A stretch of 64,000 bases of DNA, taken from positions 128,001 to 192,000 of the forward strand of contig CBDAOY010000004.1 in assembly GCA_965198225.1 (NCBI GenBank), read 5' to 3'. Below, piece after piece: positions 53,010-62,654 of this stretch. Every line of letters starts with the position of its first letter. Position 1 is the first letter of the stretch. The position numbers and the translations under genes are program-made. The notes under the pieces were generated by a model. It ran no database searches. It saw only the letters and a list, made by a program, of their open reading frames with translations, and had not been told where the DNA came from. This DNA comes from Terriglobia bacterium (GTDB lineage Bacteria; Acidobacteriota; Terriglobia; 20CM-2-55-15).

Positions 53010-53234
53010 ATGGTCGCGACGGGAATAGCTATCTTCGTCCTGGGTGCAGCTTGGGAGCTTTCAATTTATCTGAGTGCGGGGTGGCCCACGGTCTTCCCAT
53101 GGGGAATGATGGTCGTCGGACTCCTCATCACGGCCGTCGGAAGCGGCAGAAAGAGCGTTCGGGCCGGAAGGATAGCCTGGGGGCTGGCAGGCATTTTCGT
53201 CGCCATCATTCTTGGCCTTTGGGGTCTTGGTTGA
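53010..53234 (+). CDS. Small hypothetical membrane protein
   Basis: Three hydrophobic segments; start uncertain. Confidence 0.4.
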   Translation: MVATGIAIFVLGAAWELSIYLSAGWPTVFPWGMMVVGLLITAVGSGRKSVRAGRIAWGLAGIFVAIILGLWGLG

Positions 53235-53268
53235 TTGCTGCGATGCCTGACGCCCGTGAGTATTGAAA

Positions 53269-53661
53269 ATGGTCCCAGACATCAACAACGAACACGCAGT
53301 CGAGACATATCGATCGCTCATCCAGATCGCCACAGAGGGTTTGAAAGTGCTGCTGTTACTTAACGGCGGTGCTGCGGTCGCCATACTTGCGTACCTGGGC
53401 AGCATATCGGCAAACGTCACGACCGTCCCGGACATGCGAATTCCGATGGGCTGTTACATCGCCGGGCTCCTGCTCTGCGGTTTGGCTTTCGCCACTACCT
53501 ATCTGACTCAATTCGTCCGTTTTAACGAACTCGTCCATGCCGGCGATGGGAACAAAATCGGAGGTCACATGCTCTGGCTGCGCCTTACCTTTTTGTTGGC
53601 ATTTTTGAGCATCGTCTCCTTTGCAATTGGATCCTTCTATGCCGTCACCCTCTTCAGGTAG
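53269..53661 (+). CDS. Hypothetical membrane protein
   Basis: LKVLLLLNGGAAVAILAYLG plus further TM segments. Confidence 0.65.
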   Translation: MVPDINNEHAVETYRSLIQIATEGLKVLLLLNGGAAVAILAYLGSISANVTTVPDMRIPMGCYIAGLLLCGLAFATTYLTQFVRFNELVHAGDGNKIGGHMLWLRLTFLLAFLSIVSFAIGSFYAVTLFR

Positions 53662-53667
53662 GGCCTG

Positions 53668-54039
53668 ATGAAGTCGGTCTGTATCTGTGGCAGCTTCAGG
53701 TTCTACGAGGAGATGGTGGAGTTCAGAAACGCCCTGCTGGCGCGGGACGTGGTCTGCGAATGGCCCCTGCCAGGGCCACCTCGGGATCCACGCGCTATGA
53801 CTGCAGACGAGGCACGCGACGCCATCACCCGCCATTTAGAGCGCATCGATCAAGCGGACTGGATGTACGTGTTCAACCAGGACGGCCATATCGGGAACAG
53901 CGTCGTGATGGAGATCGGTTATGCCTATGCCCAGCGCAAACCGGTCTACGCGCTTGCCCCCATCCAGGACCAGTTTCTGATGGCCCTTGTCCACGGCGTA
54001 GTGAGCGTCGAGGACTTTCTGCAACTCGTGCAGGCATGA
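53668..54039 (+). CDS. Nucleoside 2-deoxyribosyltransferase-like protein
   Basis: ICGSFRF..IDQAD..N.DGHIGNSVVMEIGYA..KPVY. Confidence 0.65.
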   Translation: MKSVCICGSFRFYEEMVEFRNALLARDVVCEWPLPGPPRDPRAMTADEARDAITRHLERIDQADWMYVFNQDGHIGNSVVMEIGYAYAQRKPVYALAPIQDQFLMALVHGVVSVEDFLQLVQA

Positions 54040-54192
54040 TATGCCGTCATGCCATCGATCGGAAGCTGCCTCGGCGCTCCCATGCAGTGGTGTCCATCGG
54101 GTTCGAGCGACTGCTGGCCCGGGAGGTGGCGTAGCAGGGATGCCCGAACCGACGTAGTTGCCGAACGCCCCAACTGTTTCAGATGGAACGTC

Positions 54193-56469
54193 TCAAGCCA
54201 GGGCCACCCGGCGCACCTCTTCGAGGTCGGTCTGGCCGTTGATCATCTTTCGGATGCCGTCCTGCATGAGGGTGCGCATGCCTTGCTTCATGGCCACCTC
54301 TCGTATCTCCGTGGCCCGGCCCTTGGCATAGATGACCTTCTTGAGCTCCTCGCTGTTCACCAGCAGCTCGTGGATGCCCACCCGGGAACGATAGCCGGTC
54401 GACGAACACGCCGGGCAACTCACAGGCTGGCAGAGTTTCTGCTCCCCCGGTCGTAGCTTCAGCTCGGAAAAGTGCTCCTCACCGTAGTAGACCCGGACCA
54501 TGTCGTGGGTCGCCTCGTCGAGCGTAGAGGCCTGCTTGCAGCCCTCGCACAGGGTGCGGATCAGACGCTGGGCCAGAACCCCCGAGAGGGCGTCGGCGAA
54601 GGAGACGGGATCGAGCCCCAGGTCCAGCAGACGCACCACGGTCTCTGCCGCCGAGTTGGTGTGCAGGGTGGAGAAGACCAGATGACCGGTCAAGGAGGCG
54701 TCCACCGCCATCGCGGCGGTCTCCCTGTCGCGCATCTCCCCCACCATGATGACGTCCGGATCGGCCCGCAGAAAGGCCCGCAAGGCGTTGCTGAAGGTCA
54801 GGCCCAGATCGGGTCGGACCTGGACCTGCTGGAGGCCCGACTGGGTGATCTCCACCGGGTCCTCGGCGGTCCAGATCTTGCGTTCCGGCCGGTTCAGGTA
54901 CCCCAGGATGGCATGCAGGGTGGTGGTCTTGCCTGAGCCGGTGGGCCCCACCACCAGGAAAAGGCCGTGGGGACGGTTGACCAGCCTGACGATCTCCATC
55001 AGATTGCGCTCGGAAAGGGAGAGTTGCTTCATGGGCATGGGCTCGCGGGCCGGCAGCAGGCGCAGGATCACGTTCTCCCCGTTTACCGTGGGAATGGTGG
55101 CCACCCGTAGCTCCAGATCCAGGTCGCCGTGCCTGAGCCGGCATTTGCCATCTTGGGGCTTTCGCCGCTCGGAGATGTCCAGGTCACTGATGATCTTGAT
55201 CCGGGAGATGACGGCCTGGACTTGGGCCGCGGGCAGGGTGATCAACGGCTGACACAGACCATCCACACGGATGCGCACCGTAGCCGGCGTTCCTCCCCGG
55301 CCAGGCTCGATGTGGATATCGGAGGCCCGGGCGTCATGGGCGTCCAGGATCATCTGGTTCACCGTCTGGATGACCGAGGCCGTGGTCTCGGCTGTCTCCT
55401 CCCCTTCCTCCCCCTCTTCCTCTCCCTCCTCCCGGAGAACCTCGACCATCTCCCCGAGCTGTGCGGACTTGACCGGCTTGTCGATCTCATCGATAAAGTG
55501 ACGAATATCGTCCTCAATACCCACCCTGAAGACGTAGTTGCGTACCTTCAGGGTGCGCTGGATGTCCATCACCCGGTGGGCGTCCATGGGGTTCGCCATC
55601 AGGACCACCACCTCGTCCTCGTCCAGGGACACCGGCACCCAGCACTGGTTGCGCAGATAGGACCTGCTGATGCCCTTGAGCAGGGGAAGGGGCACCCGAA
55701 CGGTCGGCTCATAGGGCATGAAAGGCACCTGGTAGTAGCGCTCCAGAGAGGCACCGAGCTGCTTGCGGCGGACCATGCCCTCGGAGAGCAGGAGGCGGGT
55801 TACGGGGACCTTCTCCTTGCGCGCCCGGGCCTGCATCTCCTCCAGATCCTGGGCCGAGACCTTGCGCGTCTGGACCAGGTAGTGGTAGGGGTCCCGGGTG
55901 GCCTAGAAGTCGTAGACGAACCGCTGGCCCAGGACGTTGGACAGCTCGATGGCGCACTCCAGCTCGTCGTCGTTGAAGCTCCCGCCGCCCTGATGGTTGA
56001 TCAGCTGGAGCACACCCAGGATCACCTCGTGGGCCTTGATGGGCACGGCGATGATTGAGAGTGTGCGGTAGCCGGTCTGCTTGTCCAGTTCACGGCCGCC
56101 GAAGCGCAGGTTAGGATGGATCGTCTTGAGAGCCGCCTCGTCGTAGACGTCGTCGATGCGCACCGGGCTCTGGCTCATAGCCACGTAGCCCACGATGGAT
56201 GAGGCCGTCAAGGGAACCCGGATCTCCTCCACATCGTGGGCGCTATGGTGCTTGGAGACCAGCTGCTTCTCCGAACGGTTGCGCTGGAAGACCGTTACCC
56301 GCTCCGCGTTGATCAGGCCGAAGATCTCCTTTTCCACCTGGGGCATGATCTCGGCAAAGGAGCCGGCCCCGTGGATGGCCTGCATGACGTAGTTCATCTT
56401 GGTCTGAAACTCCAGGGACCGCCGCAAGGCATCCAGGTTCTCCGGCGTTCTGGCAGTGCTCTGGCTCAT
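54193..56469 (-). pseudogene. GAF domain + GspE/PulE/PilB family ATPase with one in-frame stop
   Basis: ASDIHIEP, GPTGSGKTT, EDPVE, LRADPD, TGHLVFSTLH. TAG at 55903-55905 separates two same-frame ORFs. Confidence 0.85.
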
Positions 56470-56660
56470 CTTCGACTCCTTGTCCGCGGTTTGTCTGCTG
56501 ACCAGCTCAACAGAAGATCTCCTCAACGCTAAGCCGCCGCTCCGCAGCGATTTGTTACGTATCCTATTCGGCGACCCTAACAGGACGTAATTATCCCGAG
56601 AGATCGTGTGGAGGGGAAGAAGATTCAGGGCAGGTCTGAGGTTAACGCGCTAGTTCGCGC

Positions 56661-56921
56661 TTGAAGAAGCAGAATCCTGTGAATTTTCACGGACTCAGTC
56701 GCCCAACACGCAAAGTCAACAGTCTGATCGAGATCTACATCGAGAATCCTGAACAGTCTCGCTGGATGGTGAGTTCGTCAGACTGGATACTGTTGACGAG
56801 GAACCGCGCTTTCCTCGGCCAGGAGATCCTGCGCAAGGACATGGAGGAAATGCCGGAGTCGGGACCGTTGTGGACGGACGACTTCAGCAGTCTCTTCTCG
56901 GTCGTCGAATTCGACGATTGA
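56661..56921 (+). pseudogene. C-terminal remnant of a fused membrane/spermidine-synthase-like protein
   Basis: SSDWILL...LWTDDFSSLFSVV terminus; no N-terminal part. Confidence 0.5.
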
Positions 56922-56959
56922 GAGTCGGTACCGAGAAGAGCTGCTCTTGGTACTCAGGA

Positions 56960-57234
56960 CTAGTGGCCTGTAACGGAGATATCGGCACCATCGCCGATGG
57001 GTCTTGCCAGTCGAGGTCGAGGAGAGAGGAGGAATTGATGCGGTTTCATCATGACGACGAACGACAAAGAGATCGACGGCAACCCCCATCGGCCCGGAGG
57101 GTTGCGGCGGAACGGCACCGTCTTCGTTGTCGCTCCTCCTCGCAATGTAGGAGCATTACCTCGTCGTCGACTCCTAGAATCCGGTGCCGTTCCACCGCAA
57201 CGCTGGTACCGATATCTCCGTTACAGGCCACTAG
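56960..57234. mobile_element. MITE-like element flanked by CTAG (copy 2)
   Basis: Same termini and most of the body as 38638-38915. Confidence 0.85.
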
Positions 57235-57352
57235 ATTCTCTGCTGATCTCGGACGTGCTGCGCCGGAGCGGCTCAAGATCTAGCGTAACCTCCAGGCGGC
57301 GTTTTGATTGTGCGATCGGCTCCTTCGATCACCCTGACGAGGAGCTGCTTCT

Positions 57353-60300
57353 CTAATCGGGCCCGAGGGCCGTGAGCCTCCGCTGTGCGAGCACGTATGT
57401 GGAGCCTGGTCCTTCCTCGACTTCCGTCGACTGTAGCCTCCGGTATGCGGAGACAGCAGCTCTTTGCTCTCCGAACCGTTCGTAGATCCTTCCGAAGACA
57501 TACCAATCCTCGGCGTCAGGTTCCTGGCGGCCGCCCACTTCAATGGCTTGAAGGATGACATCCAGCGCTTCAGTTGTTCTGCCGACTTCCGCAAGAAGTG
57601 AGGCGAGAGTATGGAGACTGAAGCTGGCCGCGCCTTGAAAGAGAGATGTGGCCTGGAGCGCGTGCCCGACATCTTCCTCCGTCACCTGGCGGTAAAAGAG
57701 GCTGTTCCAGGCCTTATTGTTCAGGTCGTAGCCGTTAGCCTTGCCGGCAGAAATGAGAGCCTGATACAAGGAATCCGTTGATTCGTAATTTCCGGCGTTC
57801 GCCTCCATAGAAGCCAAAGCCCGGAGTGCGAGCAGATCATCAGGTAATCGCTCCACCCGCTGTTCGATCAGGTCTCTCGCTTCATTCAACCTGTCGAGTT
57901 GCTGCAACGTGCCGGTTACGATAGAAAACGCTGCGTCCGAATCAGGTGCTAGCTGGAACAGCCCCCATGCCACAGGCAACGCTTCGTCGTGGCGCCCGAG
58001 GGTCGAAAGAGCTGTAAACAAAGCCAGGTCGAGACCGATCCGGGCGTCGTCAGAACCCGCCTCGTCACGACCTGCCCTCAGGATCGGAAGCGTCCGATCT
58101 GCGAATTCACTCGGCGCCAGAAGGCTCGCCGCCGCGAGCCGGATCGCTTGCTCGTCACCGTCGGTTCCTTCGCTCCAGAACCGCAGGAAGAGGGGTCCCG
58201 CCAAGGGATCATCCCCTGGAAGTCTGGTTCCTACTTCGCCGTAGGCCCAATCCAGCCAATGTCGAGCTCCTTCGATATCTCCGGCGTCCAGCCGTCGGAG
58301 GACCTCGAGCCCCAAAGACTCCGGGCTGTTGTTATAGGCGAGGAAGCGGTACGCGCCATTTTCCTTCACCAGGTAAGCCCGTTGGTCTAAGCTTCCGTCA
58401 GGCATAGAGATGGTTGCTCGATAGCCAAGATCATCGTCACCTTCGAGAGTCGTCTCTATGGCACCGAAAGTCAGGTCGAGGATAACTCGAACCGGCATAT
58501 CGTCACCGACGGCTCTTGCCGATTGCCCAAGATCCAAGTCCTCTTCTTGAACGCTCTCCCTGAGCTCCTCTGTGAATAAGGAAACGAAATCATCTCTGTG
58601 GTTCAGAAAGACGGCGATCAACATCTTATTGAGGACGCTCCGCGGGTCATCGTCAGGCAGCGGGACGTCTTCGAATCGTTTGGTCTTCCCGATCTGGTCG
58701 GCATATACCAGGACCGCAGACGCCGCAGGTGCCCCCCGTGCGCCCGCTCTGAGCAACACGGCTGCCGGCTCGTAAAAGCGAAGTTGCACCAATCGCGTGC
58801 CTGCCTCGATCAGCGCGGCTTGCCGCACGCTTTCGTCAAGCAGACCCCGGTTCGCTTCTCTGACTGCGGATTTCGGACCGTCGGTTGCTGCTGCTGCTGC
58901 CAGATAAAGTTCGTTCGTGGTCGCCACTTCCTTCAGCTCGTCAAAGCGGTTGGCCCAAAGCAAAGCAACGGCGAGATTCTGGTGCAAGGGGCTATCGGCC
59001 GCCACTTGATCGACTATCAACCGGTAGTGCTCGATAGCTGCATCGAGATCTGCATCCGGGCCGTACCGGATACCTTGTGTGTCGTGCTCCAGTAGAATCG
59101 CGAGATCAGCCCGCGCAACCAGGTTAGACGGATCCAGTTCCAGCGCCTTCCGGTAGGAATTAGCCGCTAGTTCGGGCTCGGCGCCGTTCTTGAACCGCAG
59201 GCCGATCAGATCGTGCTGCAGAACCCAACCGAGTGTCTGATGCGCGACGAGGGAATCCGGTTCCAACTCTACGGCCCGCCGTGCTTCTTCGCGAGCCGCT
59301 TCCCCCATGCTGCCCTCCAATAAAGCTCTGGCAATCTGCGTCCGGTGCAGAGCCTCGGCCGGATGGAGTTCGGCCAGGTTGCGGAATTCTTCCAGCGCCT
59401 CGCGAATCTCTCCAGCGAGAAGGTGCGCCTCCCCCACGTGCTCGAAAGAGACCCGAAGGACAGGTTCCTCCTCGAACGCCTCGAGTCCCTTCCTCAATGC
59501 CGCCACTTCATCAGCCGTGTACCTCCTCTTGCCGGTGTCGAAGTGCAGAATTGCCGTGACAGCCCCGTCCTCGGATGTGGAGAACTCTCTCGCCAGAAGC
59601 GCTGGGCCGAGGCGCTCGGTCTTGCTGTCTGGCAGATCGTCGAGCCGGAATCCAGGAGGCGCGACGATACGGTATCGCCATTCACCTGCAAACGCCCCGG
59701 GCATCACAAGATCTCTGATGGCATCATCCTCACCGTGAGATTCCTCGTGAGCGTTCAGGATGGAGGTCACCCCTTGTAACAGGGGCGCCGTGATAATCGC
59801 GACAGCAGCCTCGCTCAGTACGGTTTCCACCAGCTCTGCGCCGGTCGCCTCGAATCGGATTCGAAACGGCGTGGAGAAATCGTTCGGGTCCGTGTACACG
59901 AGATCATCGACCGTTTGTGCACCATAAACGTTGCCCGCGTATTCTTCGAGATGCTGCCGTATTTCGTCCGCACCAAGTTGGGCGTAGTTTGAGCGAAGCG
60001 CCAATTCGTCGAACCCAAAGGATTCGGTCGTCTCAATGATCCGACCGTAACCTTCCTCGGCAAGATAAACTTCCCGCGTCTCTACGGTCCGAGACTTCAG
60101 TTCCGGGATCCGGACCAAAGCCTCCGTGTCGGGACTGGCGATCAGGGCCAGGCGACCCTGGTCCTGGAGGGGTAACTGCCCGAGTCGCGAAAACCCAGCG
60201 GTGGGGTCGATCCACAGAGGATCGTCTCCCGGCACGTACACGACTGTATGATCGAAACGACCGAAGCCAGGAAAACCCGGCTCGACATCCGGACCTGGTC

Positions 60301-61417
60301 CGGTGCTCAGGAGTGCGATGTACGCTTCAATTCCCGCGGTACGTAACATGGAAATGAGCAAGGTGGATTGGTCCTTGCAGTCACCGTATCCCAGCTCCAA
60401 TGTTTCGGTCGGCGTCGTAGGGACGATAGCCAACTCGCCGAGTTGCACGGCCGTGTAGCGGATTACCTGCTGCACCTTGACTAATAGTCGCTCAGCGATT
60501 TCTTCAGTTGCTGTGACGCCCTGGAGCGTTTCGCGGACCAAGTCGTCCACGTTGGAAGCGGCGATCTGTTCCTCAACGACGTTGCGGTAGCGATCGGCAA
60601 TTTCACGCCACGACTGGGCCGTCGAAAAAACCACATAGGGTCGCTGTGGCTCATCCGATGGTGCGTACGGGTTGAATTGGCCAAGGCTTTCCAACCTTCC
60701 GTTAGCGAAGGCGATTCTCACGCGGCCGTTGCTCTCGATACGTGCGGGTTCCACGTCGGGAAGAAGGCGGGCTGAATTCCTCAGCGGCAGTGAGATCGGG
60801 GCGTCGATCTCCACTCGCGTACGCAACACAGGCACCGGCCTACCGAGTGCAACGTATCGGGTCACTCCACGATCGAAAAACGGTTCGGTATCGATCAAGA
60901 CAGTCTCTGCCTCGACCACCGCACCGGCCGTCAGGGCCGGCAGGGGGCCGCGTAAGAGCCTGGCGTCTCCGAAGGTTTCACGGGAGAACTCGGCCAGCGG
61001 AGCCTCGGCAATCGTGTCTTGGCTGAGCTGAAGTTCCCTCCCGTCCAGGGTGATGACCCGTGCGCGTATCTCGGGCCGCCGCTGCCGCCATGGCCGCCAC
61101 ACCGCCTCCACAGCGGACCAGCCCTCAGCGTCGGCCCTACCTATGCGATAGACCAAGCGGCGTTTTTCAACTACCCGGCTGGCGGCATCCAGGACGAACT
61201 TCCTTTCGTCCAGTAGCACAACCACCCCGGCCTCGTCCGGATCGACGAGGGACTGGGCCGCCTCGATGACGGCGTTCGGATTGGCCGAAAAAGGAGAAAC
61301 ATCCCAAGGCTCTTGTGCGGCTGCTGAAGACGGAAAGCACAAGAGCGTGAATGTCCCAACAAGGGCTGTAGCTGATTTCACACGTGCCTGAAAAAGAAAC
61401 GATACGAAAGGATTCAT
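57353..61417 (-). CDS. DUF3857 + transglutaminase-like + TPR protein
   Basis: Signal peptide, GDCKD..FDH..WIDPT catalytic triad, C-terminal TPR-like helices. Confidence 0.85.
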   Translation of the reverse strand: MNPFVSFLFQARVKSATALVGTFTLLCFPSSAAAQEPWDVSPFSANPNAVIEAAQSLVDPDEAGVVVLLDERKFVLDAASRVVEKRRLVYRIGRADAEGWSAVEAVWRPWRQRRPEIRARVITLDGRELQLSQDTIAEAPLAEFSRETFGDARLLRGPLPALTAGAVVEAETVLIDTEPFFDRGVTRYVALGRPVPVLRTRVEIDAPISLPLRNSARLLPDVEPARIESNGRVRIAFANGRLESLGQFNPYAPSDEPQRPYVVFSTAQSWREIADRYRNVVEEQIAASNVDDLVRETLQGVTATEEIAERLLVKVQQVIRYTAVQLGELAIVPTTPTETLELGYGDCKDQSTLLISMLRTAGIEAYIALLSTGPGPDVEPGFPGFGRFDHTVVYVPGDDPLWIDPTAGFSRLGQLPLQDQGRLALIASPDTEALVRIPELKSRTVETREVYLAEEGYGRIIETTESFGFDELALRSNYAQLGADEIRQHLEEYAGNVYGAQTVDDLVYTDPNDFSTPFRIRFEATGAELVETVLSEAAVAIITAPLLQGVTSILNAHEESHGEDDAIRDLVMPGAFAGEWRYRIVAPPGFRLDDLPDSKTERLGPALLAREFSTSEDGAVTAILHFDTGKRRYTADEVAALRKGLEAFEEEPVLRVSFEHVGEAHLLAGEIREALEEFRNLAELHPAEALHRTQIARALLEGSMGEAAREEARRAVELEPDSLVAHQTLGWVLQHDLIGLRFKNGAEPELAANSYRKALELDPSNLVARADLAILLEHDTQGIRYGPDADLDAAIEHYRLIVDQVAADSPLHQNLAVALLWANRFDELKEVATTNELYLAAAAATDGPKSAVREANRGLLDESVRQAALIEAGTRLVQLRFYEPAAVLLRAGARGAPAASAVLVYADQIGKTKRFEDVPLPDDDPRSVLNKMLIAVFLNHRDDFVSLFTEELRESVQEEDLDLGQSARAVGDDMPVRVILDLTFGAIETTLEGDDDLGYRATISMPDGSLDQRAYLVKENGAYRFLAYNNSPESLGLEVLRRLDAGDIEGARHWLDWAYGEVGTRLPGDDPLAGPLFLRFWSEGTDGDEQAIRLAAASLLAPSEFADRTLPILRAGRDEAGSDDARIGLDLALFTALSTLGRHDEALPVAWGLFQLAPDSDAAFSIVTGTLQQLDRLNEARDLIEQRVERLPDDLLALRALASMEANAGNYESTDSLYQALISAGKANGYDLNNKAWNSLFYRQVTEEDVGHALQATSLFQGAASFSLHTLASLLAEVGRTTEALDVILQAIEVGGRQEPDAEDWYVFGRIYERFGEQRAAVSAYRRLQSTEVEEGPGSTYVLAQRRLTALGPD

Positions 61418-61866
61418 TCTCGTCCTCCTTCCCCAGCTGCAATCTGCCTGAGGCGCCGGACGCGTCTTGCGAGCCGGCAGGGTCAATCGTGGTGGTGTTT
61501 CCTAACAACGCTGTCACAGGTGCGTGGTCCGGCGAGCTTCGGAGGCATCCTATGAACCGTCCTGACGATGCGATATCCCTGCGTGGGCTCACTCTGGATC
61601 GCTGCGCTCGTCTGGAGCCGGCATCGTCGGCACACTAGGAGGGAGCACGTGTGCAGCCATGAAGAATCCGAATAAAGGCGAGATCAGTTCGATCTCGTAA
61701 TTGCATGACAGACAGGGGCGTACCCTTGGCGAACTCGTCCGAGCAAGTTGAATGCACACACGAGTTCTATCCGTTCGGATAGCCGGGTCTACCGGATCGG
61801 ATACAACTGGTACAGGTCACTGATAAGAGATTGGATCGCACTCGAGGAGTTGAGGAGCCGCAGTCG

Positions 61867-62595
61867 CTACATCCCGGTCAGATATCCTGGGCCGCCCAGC
61901 TGTCGCACTGCGGCCTGGATCTGTTCGGCGCGAGTCCGGACGTATTCGGACGGGGCAGCGGCCGACATGCGCTTAGGACTTGGCAGGACGGCCACGAGAA
62001 TTGCGGCGTCGCGCGCAGTCAGATCAGAAGGCGATTTTCCCATGAGCCGTTCGCTGGCCTCCCCTACGCCGAAGACGCCGGGGCCAAACTCGGCGACATT
62101 CAGATAGACTTCGATAATCCGTCGCTTCGGCCAGAGTAGTTCGAGCGACACCGTGAACCAGGCTTCCGCCCCCTTCCGAATCCAGTTCTGACTGGGCCAC
62201 AAAAACAGGTTCTTGGCTAGTTGCTGCGAGATCGTGCTCCCACCACGGACTCCGCCGCCTTCGCTGTTTCGCTCCAGTGCGTTCTCGATGGCCTTCCAGT
62301 CGAAGCCAAAATGGTCGGGGAATTTCTGATCTTCGGCCGCGACGGCCGAGATCGCCAGTGCGGGAGCGATCTGCCCCCACGGCACCCAGCGGTAATGCAC
62401 GGGGTCTTCAGAAACGAGGCGCTCGCGAAGAATAAAGGCGGTGGTCGGCGGCGTCAGCCAGCGCCACGGCAGCACGATAACGACGGTCACACCAAGTGTG
62501 GCAATCGTGATGATGACCGCAAGCCGCAGCGCGCGCCGCGCCAATCCAGCGCGAGCCTTGGGTTTCTTCAAGCGCCTGCGTAGCAACAACCGCAC
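61867..62595 (-). CDS. mtgA: Monofunctional biosynthetic peptidoglycan transglycosylase
   Basis: AAEDQKFPDHFGFD, RGGSTISQQLAKNLFL, RKGAE, KRRIIEVYLN. Confidence 0.92.
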   Translation of the reverse strand: MRLLLRRRLKKPKARAGLARRALRLAVIITIATLGVTVVIVLPWRWLTPPTTAFILRERLVSEDPVHYRWVPWGQIAPALAISAVAAEDQKFPDHFGFDWKAIENALERNSEGGGVRGGSTISQQLAKNLFLWPSQNWIRKGAEAWFTVSLELLWPKRRIIEVYLNVAEFGPGVFGVGEASERLMGKSPSDLTARDAAILVAVLPSPKRMSAAAPSEYVRTRAEQIQAAVRQLGGPGYLTGM

Positions 62596-62654
62596 TTCTC
62601 AATTGTCCAGTAGGTTGGGTCTTTTACTCAGCAAGCAAGACAGCGGACGGGTGC

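Noticed and set aside
52950-54190. Small co-directional genes as integron cassettes
   Set aside because: No attC-like RYYYAAC...GTTRRRY structures were found between the genes.
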